Positions 17,990 to 27,437 of a stretch of DNA of 40,097 nt are shown in pieces. This DNA comes from Candidatus Thalassarchaeaceae archaeon. Lineage in GTDB: Archaea; Thermoplasmatota; Poseidoniia; Poseidoniales; Thalassarchaeaceae. Location of the stretch: positions 1 to 40,097 of the forward strand of contig CBFHYB010000002.1 of assembly GCA_965659915.1 (NCBI GenBank), written 5' to 3'. A model generated the notes under the pieces. That model worked only from the letters and a program-made list of their open reading frames with translations, ran no database searches and had not been told where the DNA came from. Each line of letters starts with the position of its first letter. The first letter of the stretch is position 1. The position numbers were made by a program, and so were the translations under genes.

Positions 17990-19552
17990 TTATTCTTTCC
18001 AGACTCTAATTGAAAGTAATACAATAACTGTCAGTAATTCTAAACGACCTAACCACATCAAAGTAGCAGTAATTATTAGGCTAGTCCAATGTAAACTAGC
18101 CCATGTTTGAGTGGGTCCGAAACTACCTAAGGCTGGCCCTGTATTACCTAAGGAAGCAATCGCTACTGAAATCACTGTTTCTAAATCAAGAGATGATTCA
18201 ATTATTGCTAGTACAATGATACTACCCATTGAAAGAACAGCCCACCATGAAAGCATTCCAACAATGGTCCAAAGTTTCTCATCCTCAACAACTTCACCGT
18301 TAAGGCGGACAAGGTGTATTTTCTTAGGTGATGCAATACGAGAAATTTCCCGTTTTGCCAACAGGTATGCAATTCTCAGTCGTAAAATTTTGAGCCCACC
18401 ACTAGTTGACCCAGCTGAAGCACCTACTATCATTAAGAATAATAAAATAATCAACGATAAAGTTGGCCAAATTGCGTAGTTTGAACTAGCATAACCAGTT
18501 GATGTACCAATTGATACTACATTGAAAATTGCATGACGGAATGAACTGCCAAATTCCCAGTCTGCTAAGAAGTAAAGGCTTGCCGTCATGGTTAATGTAG
18601 CAAGTGTTAACACAGCCAAATATACTTGCATCTCTTGGTCCTTAATTGCAGCCCTCCAGTCACCTCTATAGACATAATGGAACAGACTGAAATTAATTCC
18701 AGTGAGTATCATAAAGACAATAATAATAGATTCAACAGTAGCGCTATTGAAAGACATAATTCCTGCATCATAGGTGCTGAAACCACCCGATGGTAGAGTT
18801 GTTAATCCATGATTAACAGCATCAAATAATCCCATATCTGCCAAATAGTATAGAAGACCAATTTCTACAATTGTAAAGAATGCATAGATGCCCCAAAGAA
18901 TCTTTGCAGTCTGTTGAATCCTTGGCTTTAATCGTGATAACGAAGGTCCTGTAAGTTCTGCTCTTGCCATTGTCATCCCACCACCTAAATAGCGAGCTAA
19001 TAGCAACATACCGAGCATAATTATCCCCATTCCTCCAAGCCATTGACTAAGACTTCGCCACAATAAATGGACCTTACCTTGAGCATTGATACAATCAGGA
19101 ACACTAGGCTGGCAAACAGGGCTAGTTCGAGGATCAATCACCGTAGCACCTGTTGTCGTAAAGCCAGACATTGATTCAAAGAAAGCACGCACATAGCCGC
19201 CAAGAACTTCAAACAAGTTTGACTCCCCACTAATCAATTCAAAGGGTCCGTGGAACATTCCACCAAACCAATATGGAAGAGCGCCAATTATCACTATCAC
19301 CGGCCAACCTAATGCTACTGCAGCAAATGCTTCCCTGTCCCTCAATCTCTCAGAACTAGCACCCCTCTTTTCACCCCAAACCTTGAGCCAATATCCAAGA
19401 CCAAGGGAAATCGCAAGAGGTAGTAAAAACGAACGCATTGTTAACTCAATCTCTCCGAGCAAAACGCACCCAACTATAATCATCAAAGCCAAAGGGCCCA
19501 CTAACAACATTAGAGTCAAACCTACCACGTAGGCGAGAACATCATTCCTCAT
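17990..19552 (-). CDS. trkH: Trk/Ktr-type potassium uptake membrane subunit TrkH
   Basis: Polytopic 520-aa protein with the four selectivity-filter-like loops: GFTTTGATV, SGGFSTYD, IGTSTGYAS and GSTSGGLK. It lies 4 nt downstream of trkA. Confidence 0.9.
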   Translation of the reverse strand: MRNDVLAYVVGLTLMLLVGPLALMIIVGCVLLGEIELTMRSFLLPLAISLGLGYWLKVWGEKRGASSERLRDREAFAAVALGWPVIVIIGALPYWFGGMFHGPFELISGESNLFEVLGGYVRAFFESMSGFTTTGATVIDPRTSPVCQPSVPDCINAQGKVHLLWRSLSQWLGGMGIIMLGMLLLARYLGGGMTMARAELTGPSLSRLKPRIQQTAKILWGIYAFFTIVEIGLLYYLADMGLFDAVNHGLTTLPSGGFSTYDAGIMSFNSATVESIIIVFMILTGINFSLFHYVYRGDWRAAIKDQEMQVYLAVLTLATLTMTASLYFLADWEFGSSFRHAIFNVVSIGTSTGYASSNYAIWPTLSLIILLFLMIVGASAGSTSGGLKILRLRIAYLLAKREISRIASPKKIHLVRLNGEVVEDEKLWTIVGMLSWWAVLSMGSIIVLAIIESSLDLETVISVAIASLGNTGPALGSFGPTQTWASLHWTSLIITATLMWLGRLELLTVIVLLSIRVWKE

Positions 19553-19556
19553 TTAT

Positions 19557-20966
19557 TCAACTCCTCGTGAGTCGTTTTTCAACATCTTCAATGTCTTCCA
19601 CTTTAGCGAAAAGCATCAATCGGTCACCTTCCATTAGGATTTGGTCACTGGAAGCTCTCAGTATGCTTTCTGTTCCAGATGACTGAGATGTGCGATGAAT
19701 AAATGCTACACGACATAACTTGCTTTCTAACACCTTAACCTTATTACCAATCATTTGGTGTCCTGGACCTAGAATAGCAGACATACCAACAATATCAGGT
19801 ATAGTTGACAACAGATGGTAATTACCTTCTACCTTGCTATGGACATGGCGAAGAATATAGTTGATTGAAACTCTTCTGCGGCTAACTGCAAAAGAATGAC
19901 CTATTCTCCTTGCGATTTGCGCCATTTGACTGTCATCTAGGACCATCCCTACTCTAGCGACACCTAATTCGGTTGCATGCAGAGCAACTGCCATGTTCGC
20001 ATGGTCATCAGATAATGCAGATATTGCAATGTGGTGTTCGTCAACATCTAATTCTTGAAGCAAGCCTGCATCCAAAGGATCACCATGAATAGAATCCAGT
20101 AATTCTGTGTTGGCAAAATCACTACCTGCCAACTCGTTTGCTTGTTCCAAATTCTCACTAATAACCGTGACCCTGCAACCATCTTCTAAGTATGATTTTG
20201 CTATTTGTTGCCCCAACCTAGTAGCACCGAATACCATTACTCTTGGGTGATCAGGGTAATCAGGAGGTTCGTGTCCAGTCGCCAATAGTATTCTCCTGAA
20301 AGTGTGTTTACCTATTGTAGCGAAAGCAACAAGGGAATTTGAAACAATAATCGAGTCTGAATCAGGGATATGGCTTTTCTTCCCTGGCTCTTTTATCCCA
20401 AATATTCTAGGTAACCCGTCAACATTATCTCTGGCCTCTTGAATAGTGGAGCCAATCAATTTCTCAGCAGATGGAAGAACTTCCCCAACAGATATCCAAG
20501 CATCGTGGCCAAGAGGGAGAACCTCAACCATTGAAGCACCTTGTAATCCTACTTTTAGATCTTCAATCACAAGTAAGTCAGAACAAACGGCGTGCTTAAC
20601 CCCGCTCCATCTCGTCAAATCTTCACGTTCTTCATCGGAAATCAAACTTGCATCATGGATTCTAGCTATTGTCATTAATTCTGATTTCCCAGCCTGATGA
20701 GCAATATCTCGCGCTAGTGCGCAAGAAATCATGTTAATTTCATCACGTTGTGTTGCAGCGATGTAGACTTCAGCATTCTGCACCTCAGCCTCCATCAAAT
20801 CTTCTCTTAACGTCGCGTCTCCTTGTACCACTAAGACATCCAAAGCCTGGGCCTCTTTGATAGAAACAGGGTCTGTGTCAATGAGAACTACATCTCTACC
20901 TTCACTGCGTAAAGCCTTAGCAACCCCACGACCGACTTCGCCGGCCCCCCCGATAACTATCCTCAT
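19557..20966 (-). CDS. trkA: Trk system NAD-binding subunit TrkA (two RCK N/C units)
   Basis: MRIVIGGAGEVGRGVAKALRSEGRDVVLIDTD is the first Rossmann GxGxxG. A second follows at VMVFGATRLGQQIAKSYLEDGCRVTVI. The ATG at 20966 is preferred over the TTG at 20984. Confidence 0.9.
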   Translation of the reverse strand: MRIVIGGAGEVGRGVAKALRSEGRDVVLIDTDPVSIKEAQALDVLVVQGDATLREDLMEAEVQNAEVYIAATQRDEINMISCALARDIAHQAGKSELMTIARIHDASLISDEEREDLTRWSGVKHAVCSDLLVIEDLKVGLQGASMVEVLPLGHDAWISVGEVLPSAEKLIGSTIQEARDNVDGLPRIFGIKEPGKKSHIPDSDSIIVSNSLVAFATIGKHTFRRILLATGHEPPDYPDHPRVMVFGATRLGQQIAKSYLEDGCRVTVISENLEQANELAGSDFANTELLDSIHGDPLDAGLLQELDVDEHHIAISALSDDHANMAVALHATELGVARVGMVLDDSQMAQIARRIGHSFAVSRRRVSINYILRHVHSKVEGNYHLLSTIPDIVGMSAILGPGHQMIGNKVKVLESKLCRVAFIHRTSQSSGTESILRASSDQILMEGDRLMLFAKVEDIEDVEKRLTRS

Positions 20967-21015
20967 GGACGCACCCTTCGGCAATCAATCGGGCGAGCAT
21001 CTCTCATTTGACTGT

Positions 21016-22578
21016 TCACTCTCCTGTTACATATGGAACTTTAAAAGTGCCACCAAGGTGATTAGGGCCAATAATAGTGTCCCAATTCTCCACCCAATTG
21101 TACTGATATGCGTTTATGGACATCACTTTATAGAATTCATCGGGTGCTGTTCCTTCTGGACTATAAGGTTCTAAAAATTCGGAAAATGCAGTAGGAGTAT
21201 GCAATAACCACTTATTGTTCACAACATCGACTGAACCTTCTAAGTAACAACTGTCTAAATTGATGCCATTTTCATCACACCATGCACTATTGTATGGAAT
21301 TAATACTACTGACCACGCATGAGCTTCCCAAATTTCATGATTCAATGAAGTCAAAGCACCGAATTCATACCAAGTAGGGATGTTCTTTACCCTTAGAATA
21401 CTCATCCACGCATTGGCCTGCTCATCACAATCACCAATCTCTTGTGCTAAACAAGTCGGGCCACTTCTAGGAGGATATGGTGAACCTGGGCCATATACGA
21501 CATTATCTCTAACATAGATGAATGCAGCATGGGAAAAGGCGTAGATGTTGTTTTGTTGGTCTGCTGGGAGGCTTGCTTGTATGTTATCTGCTGCAGCCTT
21601 CACAAGGTGATGGTCGCCATCAATAGCCCAATTCTCAATTGAGCCACCTACATTTCTATCATACCATTGATGTTCTTCACCAATCAAGGAAGTTGTAGCC
21701 CCAACCCATCCTGATCTAGATAAATCACTAAACGTTCCTGAATTAGAAATATCCATTCCTTGAGATGTCCCAGTAATAGGAGTTGAGATAGTACCTCCAC
21801 TATTCCATGCATAAGAAGAAGATTCAATATCATATGTTATCGTCAGAATTGCGATTGAAGTTGCTGGAATATCTCCTTTCCAAATTAAACACCTAGTATA
21901 TTCACACCGGTCTCCGTTAGAACCTAAACTAGGCCAATGAACAGAGGAGAAACCATCCCCCAATGATATAGCCGATGATTCTTCCAAAAATTCAACGGTT
22001 TCAACGGGGACATCAATATGGGAAAAACTAGAACCGACCTTCATGGATTTCACCCATTGAAGATTAGCCGCCATATCCAAATTGCCATTGCGGTCAAATG
22101 TTGTATCTTCAATACCTTGATTGGTTCGTTGGATTGGAATTGGTAAACGGTACAAAAATTGCCTCTCACCGGAATCAAAATTTTCAATCTCAACCGTTCT
22201 TTGAAGAGTATATTCTGTATTCACTGGATATTCATGAGCTGGCCCAATAGATTTCCAAAAATCCCCCAACCAAATGCTCAATTGTTTATTCACATGTTCT
22301 TGAGCGGGTGTAAACAAGAAAACAAATGCTATGATTATCACTAAAACAAGATTCTTGAACTGTTTCCCTGTTTTTTTCTTTTTACGCTTCAAACGGGCTT
22401 GATGGGCTCTACCCTTTGGACTCATCCCGTACTGTACTCTGCCACTATGTTGTTGAGGTACACCAGATGGAGTTACTCGCCCACCCATTCCAGATGTTCC
22501 ACTGATGACTCTCCCGCATCCGTGGCATATTGGGTTCCTCAAACTAGCAGGAGCCATGCAATATGGGCAACGGGGCAT
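21016..22578 (-). CDS. Membrane-anchored transglutaminase-like (cysteine protease fold) protein with an N-terminal zinc ribbon
   Basis: MPRCPYCMAPASLRNPICHGCG is a CxxC...CxxC ribbon. It is followed by a Lys-rich linker and one TM (NLVLVIIIAFVFLFTP), then a large external domain. That domain contains GDCDEQANAWMSILRVKNIPTWYEFG...EAHAWSVVLI...SVDVVNN, a transglutaminase-core Cys/His/Asp arrangement. The ATG at 22578 is preferred over the TTG at 22611. Confidence 0.75.
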   Translation of the reverse strand: MPRCPYCMAPASLRNPICHGCGRVISGTSGMGGRVTPSGVPQQHSGRVQYGMSPKGRAHQARLKRKKKKTGKQFKNLVLVIIIAFVFLFTPAQEHVNKQLSIWLGDFWKSIGPAHEYPVNTEYTLQRTVEIENFDSGERQFLYRLPIPIQRTNQGIEDTTFDRNGNLDMAANLQWVKSMKVGSSFSHIDVPVETVEFLEESSAISLGDGFSSVHWPSLGSNGDRCEYTRCLIWKGDIPATSIAILTITYDIESSSYAWNSGGTISTPITGTSQGMDISNSGTFSDLSRSGWVGATTSLIGEEHQWYDRNVGGSIENWAIDGDHHLVKAAADNIQASLPADQQNNIYAFSHAAFIYVRDNVVYGPGSPYPPRSGPTCLAQEIGDCDEQANAWMSILRVKNIPTWYEFGALTSLNHEIWEAHAWSVVLIPYNSAWCDENGINLDSCYLEGSVDVVNNKWLLHTPTAFSEFLEPYSPEGTAPDEFYKVMSINAYQYNWVENWDTIIGPNHLGGTFKVPYVTGE

Positions 22579-22649
22579 TATCACACTGTGCCACACTAAG
22601 CCCCATAACAATTCTCCACTAACTATGTGAAATGTGAACAGTTGCAGTC

Positions 22650-23447
22650 TTATTCTTCAGACTCGTTTACTATGTCCCCGTGTTGCCTTTCAGCCTTCAG
22701 ACGAGCCCTTTCAGAAGATTTTCTAACCGTCCGATAATATTCCTGCCTAATTGAGGGGATTAACGCCGAGGGCAACCACTTTTCTTCAGCAACGGAGAAG
22801 CCATAAATCGCGACTACTGGTAACACTATCAATAAAATTGGTTGAGCTGTGATTCCAACTAACACTGCGATTAGAACGAATCCTCGATAAAGACCTGACT
22901 GCCACATCACAGTAAGGGGTTTTTTATCTACTACTGCAGCACCTTGCCAAGAGCCAAGTGCTGCTTCAATTGCTGGTAATGTAATAGTTATCCATACTCC
23001 AGTCAAAATCATTGGCCAGTTGAACCCAGATACGAAACCTATCCAATTCGGATCTGCCATCCGAATCATCAGATATGAGGCTTGTAAAGCGCCCATCCCA
23101 AGCCCCATTGTCCATCCAGAAGTAGGAGAAGCGAGTAATAACCTCACTTTTTCCCTAGATAGGATAAAATGGAAAATTAGGGACTGGGCAAGGCCTACAA
23201 ATATCATCAAACCAAGGAGTTCGAAACCGACTGCTCCCTCTATTGCAACGATGCTTATGAAAAGCCCATCAATCATGATTCCACTAAATGCTCCAAGCAC
23301 AATACCAAATGCAAGATGCTTGGTCGCATTTGGCATATCATAGAATCCAGCCATATTCTGCATCCCACCCCTCCAACCAACGTATACACCGAGGGTTCCA
23401 AGGGCAATGAGAATCTGAACCTGATACTGAGGCAGGTCTAATGCCAT
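22650..23447 (-). CDS. Hypothetical polytopic membrane protein (about 7-8 TM) with a basic/acidic C-terminal tail
   Basis: 265-aa ORF made mostly of hydrophobic segments, ending in RQEYYRTVRKSSERARLKAERQHGDIVNESEE. No family motif was recognised. Confidence 0.6.
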   Translation of the reverse strand: MALDLPQYQVQILIALGTLGVYVGWRGGMQNMAGFYDMPNATKHLAFGIVLGAFSGIMIDGLFISIVAIEGAVGFELLGLMIFVGLAQSLIFHFILSREKVRLLLASPTSGWTMGLGMGALQASYLMIRMADPNWIGFVSGFNWPMILTGVWITITLPAIEAALGSWQGAAVVDKKPLTVMWQSGLYRGFVLIAVLVGITAQPILLIVLPVVAIYGFSVAEEKWLPSALIPSIRQEYYRTVRKSSERARLKAERQHGDIVNESEE

Positions 23448-23548
23448 AGTGGGGGCGAGATGTTGTCTCTTGATGTATTCACCGCTTCAACAATTAGTAG
23501 TCCGGCGCATTCAAACGGGATGGGTGTGACCGCCGCATAGGTGGATGC

Positions 23549-24904
23549 ATGGCACTTGAAGGGCTGAAGGCTGGAATCTTTGGTGCTATTGCTGCCCTAA
23601 AGGGCAAACGTAAGTTGGATGAGGGCGAACTTGCCGAGATGATCAAAAGTATTAGAGTGGCTTTACTTGAAGCAGATTTCAATGTTAGACAAACTAAGGA
23701 AATTTCAGAGAGACTCGAATCACGAATGAGGGAGGAAGAACCCCGCCCAGGAGTGGTTCTACAAACTCACGCACTGAACATTATTTACACCGAATTAGTT
23801 CGTATGCTCGGAACACCTCGAGAAATCATACCACATAACCAGACTATTCTCATGGTCGGACTTTACGGACAAGGAAAGACAACTACTACTGCAAAATTAG
23901 CCGAATGGTGGCGTAAAAAGCACAACATGAAAATTGCTGTAATAGAGGCAGACGTGCACCGGCCAGGTGCATATGCACAATTACAACAACTTCTAGCAGA
24001 TTCACCTGTAGAAGTATACGGCGAACCGGAAGAAACTGATGCGTTGACGATTGTGAAAAACGGATTGGCAGAAGTTGGTGGTGCTGATTTAGTAATCATT
24101 GACACTGCTGGCCGAGATAGGTTAGACGAAGGATTACAAGATGAATTGGATGCAATTCACAGAGTTGCAAAAGCAACGGAACGTTTCCTTGTAATTGACG
24201 CACAGGTCGGCCAAGCTGCCGGGCCTGTTGCAGCATCATTCCATGACCTAGTTAGCGTGACAGGAGTTATTGTCACCAAACTAGATGGTACCGCAAGAGG
24301 TGGTGGTGCACTTTCAGCAGTCGCAACTACTGGCGCCCCAATTGTCTTTATTGGAGAAGGGGAAAAAGTTTCAGATCTTGAAAAATTCGAATCTGATAGA
24401 TTCATTTCAAGACTTCTCGGCATGGGGGATATTAGGGGTTTAATCGACCTTGCCCCCGAAGATTTAGATGCGGAAGAAGCAGCAAGAATTGCAGAGCGAC
24501 TTATGTCGGGGAGATTCACCCTCAATGACATGTACAAACAAATGCAAATGATGTCAAAAATTGGGACTGTTGACAAAATCATGTCACATATGCCGATGGG
24601 TTTCATGGGTATGGGCAACATGTCAAAGAAGCAAAAACTTGAGATGCAAACCAATCTTGAAAAATTCAAGATAATAATGGACAGTATGACCTCTCACGAA
24701 AAGAACGAACCGTTGGTTCTCAAACAAGAGAGAATAAAGAGAATTGCACTTGGTTCAGGTACGACTGAAAGAGACGTCAGAGATTTACTTGCACAATGGA
24801 AACGCTCCCGCAAGATGATGAAAGGCGTTAGAGGAAACCGTAGACTTCGAAAGCAAATGAAAGATATGATGGGCGACATGGATGATGCCGACATGCCGAT
24901 GTGA
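23549..24904 (+). CDS. srp54: Signal recognition particle protein SRP54
   Basis: MVGLYGQGKTTTTAKLA (G1), IIDTAGRD (G3), VTKLDGTARGGGALS (G4/G5) and a Met-rich C-terminal M domain. Confidence 0.95.
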   Translation: MALEGLKAGIFGAIAALKGKRKLDEGELAEMIKSIRVALLEADFNVRQTKEISERLESRMREEEPRPGVVLQTHALNIIYTELVRMLGTPREIIPHNQTILMVGLYGQGKTTTTAKLAEWWRKKHNMKIAVIEADVHRPGAYAQLQQLLADSPVEVYGEPEETDALTIVKNGLAEVGGADLVIIDTAGRDRLDEGLQDELDAIHRVAKATERFLVIDAQVGQAAGPVAASFHDLVSVTGVIVTKLDGTARGGGALSAVATTGAPIVFIGEGEKVSDLEKFESDRFISRLLGMGDIRGLIDLAPEDLDAEEAARIAERLMSGRFTLNDMYKQMQMMSKIGTVDKIMSHMPMGFMGMGNMSKKQKLEMQTNLEKFKIIMDSMTSHEKNEPLVLKQERIKRIALGSGTTERDVRDLLAQWKRSRKMMKGVRGNRRLRKQMKDMMGDMDDADMPM

Positions 24905-25529
24905 AGGTGAACGTTTGCAAGAGAGAAGATTCGCCATTATTGGCCATCGTGCCAAAAGTAATGGGAAATTGAATCTTAACGATTTAGCCGGAAGTGGCGG
25001 CAGAATGGATGTATTAGTCCGCGCCATTAATTCTGCACTATTCTTATCTCACGGTATCAGAAAGAATACACACATCACAATTCACATGATGGGTGGGGAA
25101 GGACCACCACGAAGAATCTGGTTTGATGGTGCTAAGGTTTGGGGACTCCACCCCGACGAAAGAGCGATTGCCGGACAGATTGGAAAAATAATGGTTGAAC
25201 CAACGCCAGCTCGTGGCCACTGGATAGAACACCAGCCAGGAATTTGGCACTCTGGAGGAGACCTCTCCGTCACACTAAATGAATGGGATAAAGAGGATGT
25301 TGAAATAGTAAAATTAGATGCTGATGCAGTGGCATTTTCTGAACAATACAACACATCAATTAACAATAGAATTGGATTCATTTTATCCGACGACCAACCA
25401 TTTACAGATGAAGAAAACAAACTTCTTGAACAAAAAAGTAAATCAATTTCACTAGGGAAGAATTGGATACAAGGACACACTGCAATAGGCGTAGTCCATC
25501 ATTTACTAGACACAATTATTGATCAATAA
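24882..25529 (+). CDS. trmY: tRNA (pseudouridine54-N1)-methyltransferase TrmY (SPOUT, DUF358)
   Basis: RRFAIIGHRAKSNGKLNLNDLAGSGGRMDVLVRAINSALFLSHGIRKNTHITIHM and HPDERAIAGQI closely parallel M. jannaschii TrmY (NLKDLPGSCGRLDLLCRCV..AFFLSHDIRRD, SPDERNIA). The ATG at 24882 overlaps srp54 by 23 nt; an internal TTG at 24918 is an alternative start. Confidence 0.85.
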   Translation: MMPTCRCEGERLQERRFAIIGHRAKSNGKLNLNDLAGSGGRMDVLVRAINSALFLSHGIRKNTHITIHMMGGEGPPRRIWFDGAKVWGLHPDERAIAGQIGKIMVEPTPARGHWIEHQPGIWHSGGDLSVTLNEWDKEDVEIVKLDADAVAFSEQYNTSINNRIGFILSDDQPFTDEENKLLEQKSKSISLGKNWIQGHTAIGVVHHLLDTIIDQ

Positions 25530-26451
25530 CAAGCCAAGAAGGTAATCCTTCACCTGAATGAGTTGTTGCCAATAATTCATCTGAAATCGCTAATGGGTGG
25601 CCTTGAGGCCATGTGCCAAGAGTGGAAACACTTGCAAACCCCAAACTTACACGATTAGAATCACCATTTTCTATCGGTTCATCTTCAATGCTTGCGGCAC
25701 CCAATTGAATATCCCATTCATCTCCATCAATGGAATCGTCTCCGACAATTTCTATTGCTCCACGATACCATCTACCACCCAAATGTGTTGAAGAAAAATC
25801 ATCTTTCCATCCAACAGGGACATTTAGATTGACATAAATATCACCTAAAATCAATGCATTCCTCAAAATCTCTTCATCATTATCACCTTCTGGTTTGGTA
25901 GAACTTCCATCTTTACGGCCAAGATTTAACGAGGTTTTAGGAATTATTTCACAAACGTGTTTAACCAATTCTAGAGTTGCTCTTAATGCATTTGAATAAT
26001 CATTTGGCTCAAAAGTATCCAAACTAGTTGCTATTGCAGGTATACCACAAGTTCCTGCTTGACGAGCACCTCCAATTGTACCAGAATGTAAAACATCAAC
26101 AGACATATTTGGCCCACGGTTTATTCCGCTGATGCAAAGAGACGGAGTTGGAATGTTGTGTGGAAGCCCTCCTGATAGTGCGGTTAATACACAATCTGCA
26201 GGATATCCCGAAATGTCAAATAAATCAATTTTAGGACCATCGGCATTTATTCTATAGATTTTAAGCAAATCATTTCTACGCCTCAATTTCATTTTTCTAT
26301 GTAATGTGAGATGCATGGTTGATGCTGATCTTTCGCGGTCTGGAGCACAAACCACAACCCCATATCCAGCATCATGAAGTCCTTGGACAAGAGCAGTAAT
26401 ACCTGGTGCATCGATTCCATCATCATTAGTTATCAAAATTGTATGGCTCAT
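25516..26451 (-). CDS. surE: 5'/3'-nucleotidase SurE
   Basis: MSHTILITNDDGIDAPGITAL and SGINRGPNMSVDVLHSGTIGGA are SurE signatures. The ATG at 26451 is preferred over the GTG at 26457. Confidence 0.88.
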   Translation of the reverse strand: MSHTILITNDDGIDAPGITALVQGLHDAGYGVVVCAPDRERSASTMHLTLHRKMKLRRRNDLLKIYRINADGPKIDLFDISGYPADCVLTALSGGLPHNIPTPSLCISGINRGPNMSVDVLHSGTIGGARQAGTCGIPAIATSLDTFEPNDYSNALRATLELVKHVCEIIPKTSLNLGRKDGSSTKPEGDNDEEILRNALILGDIYVNLNVPVGWKDDFSSTHLGGRWYRGAIEIVGDDSIDGDEWDIQLGAASIEDEPIENGDSNRVSLGFASVSTLGTWPQGHPLAISDELLATTHSGEGLPSWLVIDQ

Positions 26452-26453
26452 TA

Positions 26454-27428
26454 TCACTCACCTTCATCTGCCGCATATGTTAATTCATCAATTGATGCTT
26501 GACCAATTGTAACCATTATCACACCTAATATCAAGAATATTCCGCCAATCCAAGTGTAAACACCAGGCACATTTGTTGTACCAAGGAACCAACCGATTAG
26601 GGAACCTATCAATGGTTCAAACAGCACTGCAACCGAAATAACCAGGGGTGGAAACCAACGTAATACCCCATTTATTCCTGTATGACCAACTAAACCAGGC
26701 CCGAATGCAAGGTAAGCTATCGCGGGCAACCAAAGAACATCAGACCAACCAAATAGTGAACTTACCGCAGGTAACCCCGAAAGTGAAGTACCTTCAATCG
26801 CAATAGAACTTAATCCAAGTAATATGCTGGCAATTAAAGTGACAGGAAAGGCGTAGATGAACAACGGCATCCACTCTCGAAGAACTCTGCCTGCAACTAA
26901 ATATCCAACAATAGCGATTGCACCGATAAATGCTGCAAAATCACCTATTAGAGTTACTTCTCCTTCATTTGTCACACCTAAGAGAGTAATCCCCGCCCCT
27001 AAAAACCCAAGAAATGCCCCACTCGTCTGCTTTGGAGAAATTTGTTTCCCTAAGAAATAAAGCCCCGCCACGATGACTAGTGGATGTGCTGTTACAAATA
27101 ACAGACTATGAGTCAATGAGGTGTGGTCCAGTGACCAGACCCAACTACCAAAATGTATCCACAGACAGATAGACGAACCAATAATTGCTAAGATAACTTG
27201 TCTTTCTTTTATTCGAGAAAACATTTTTGGGTCATTTTTCCTTAGATTAACAACTTGATAGATGAATGGTGGAAACAAGATAAGGGAGGTTGCCTGCAAA
27301 CGCCAGGATGCACGCAATATTGGATTCACTTCACTAATCAATTGGAAAACTGCGCCAGCACTTGATACTGCCAAAACCGAGGTTGCTAATATCACCCACG
27401 CGAAAGTAGGAGGTGGCTGCTGGGCCAC
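26454..27428 (-). CDS. DMT-superfamily (EamA-like) transporter
   Basis: 324 aa with about 10 TM segments arranged as two similar halves, Gly/Pro-rich helices, and no soluble domain. The family call is by topology and composition only. Confidence 0.7.
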   Translation of the reverse strand: MAQQPPPTFAWVILATSVLAVSSAGAVFQLISEVNPILRASWRLQATSLILFPPFIYQVVNLRKNDPKMFSRIKERQVILAIIGSSICLWIHFGSWVWSLDHTSLTHSLLFVTAHPLVIVAGLYFLGKQISPKQTSGAFLGFLGAGITLLGVTNEGEVTLIGDFAAFIGAIAIVGYLVAGRVLREWMPLFIYAFPVTLIASILLGLSSIAIEGTSLSGLPAVSSLFGWSDVLWLPAIAYLAFGPGLVGHTGINGVLRWFPPLVISVAVLFEPLIGSLIGWFLGTTNVPGVYTWIGGIFLILGVIMVTIGQASIDELTYAADEGE

Positions 27429-27437
27429 GTGATAACC

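Noticed and set aside
24157-24669. 170-aa ORF on the minus strand inside srp54. Similar long antisense ORFs occur at 30661..31233 (inside hbd), 4410..4793 (inside the RecA-like gene), 13387..13704 and 13768..14091 (inside lhr), and 27598..27987 (inside the OPT gene).
   Set aside because: All lie fully within, and antisense to, strongly supported conserved genes. They have low-complexity, Ser/Pro/Ile-rich translations with no motifs. These are typical shadow ORFs.
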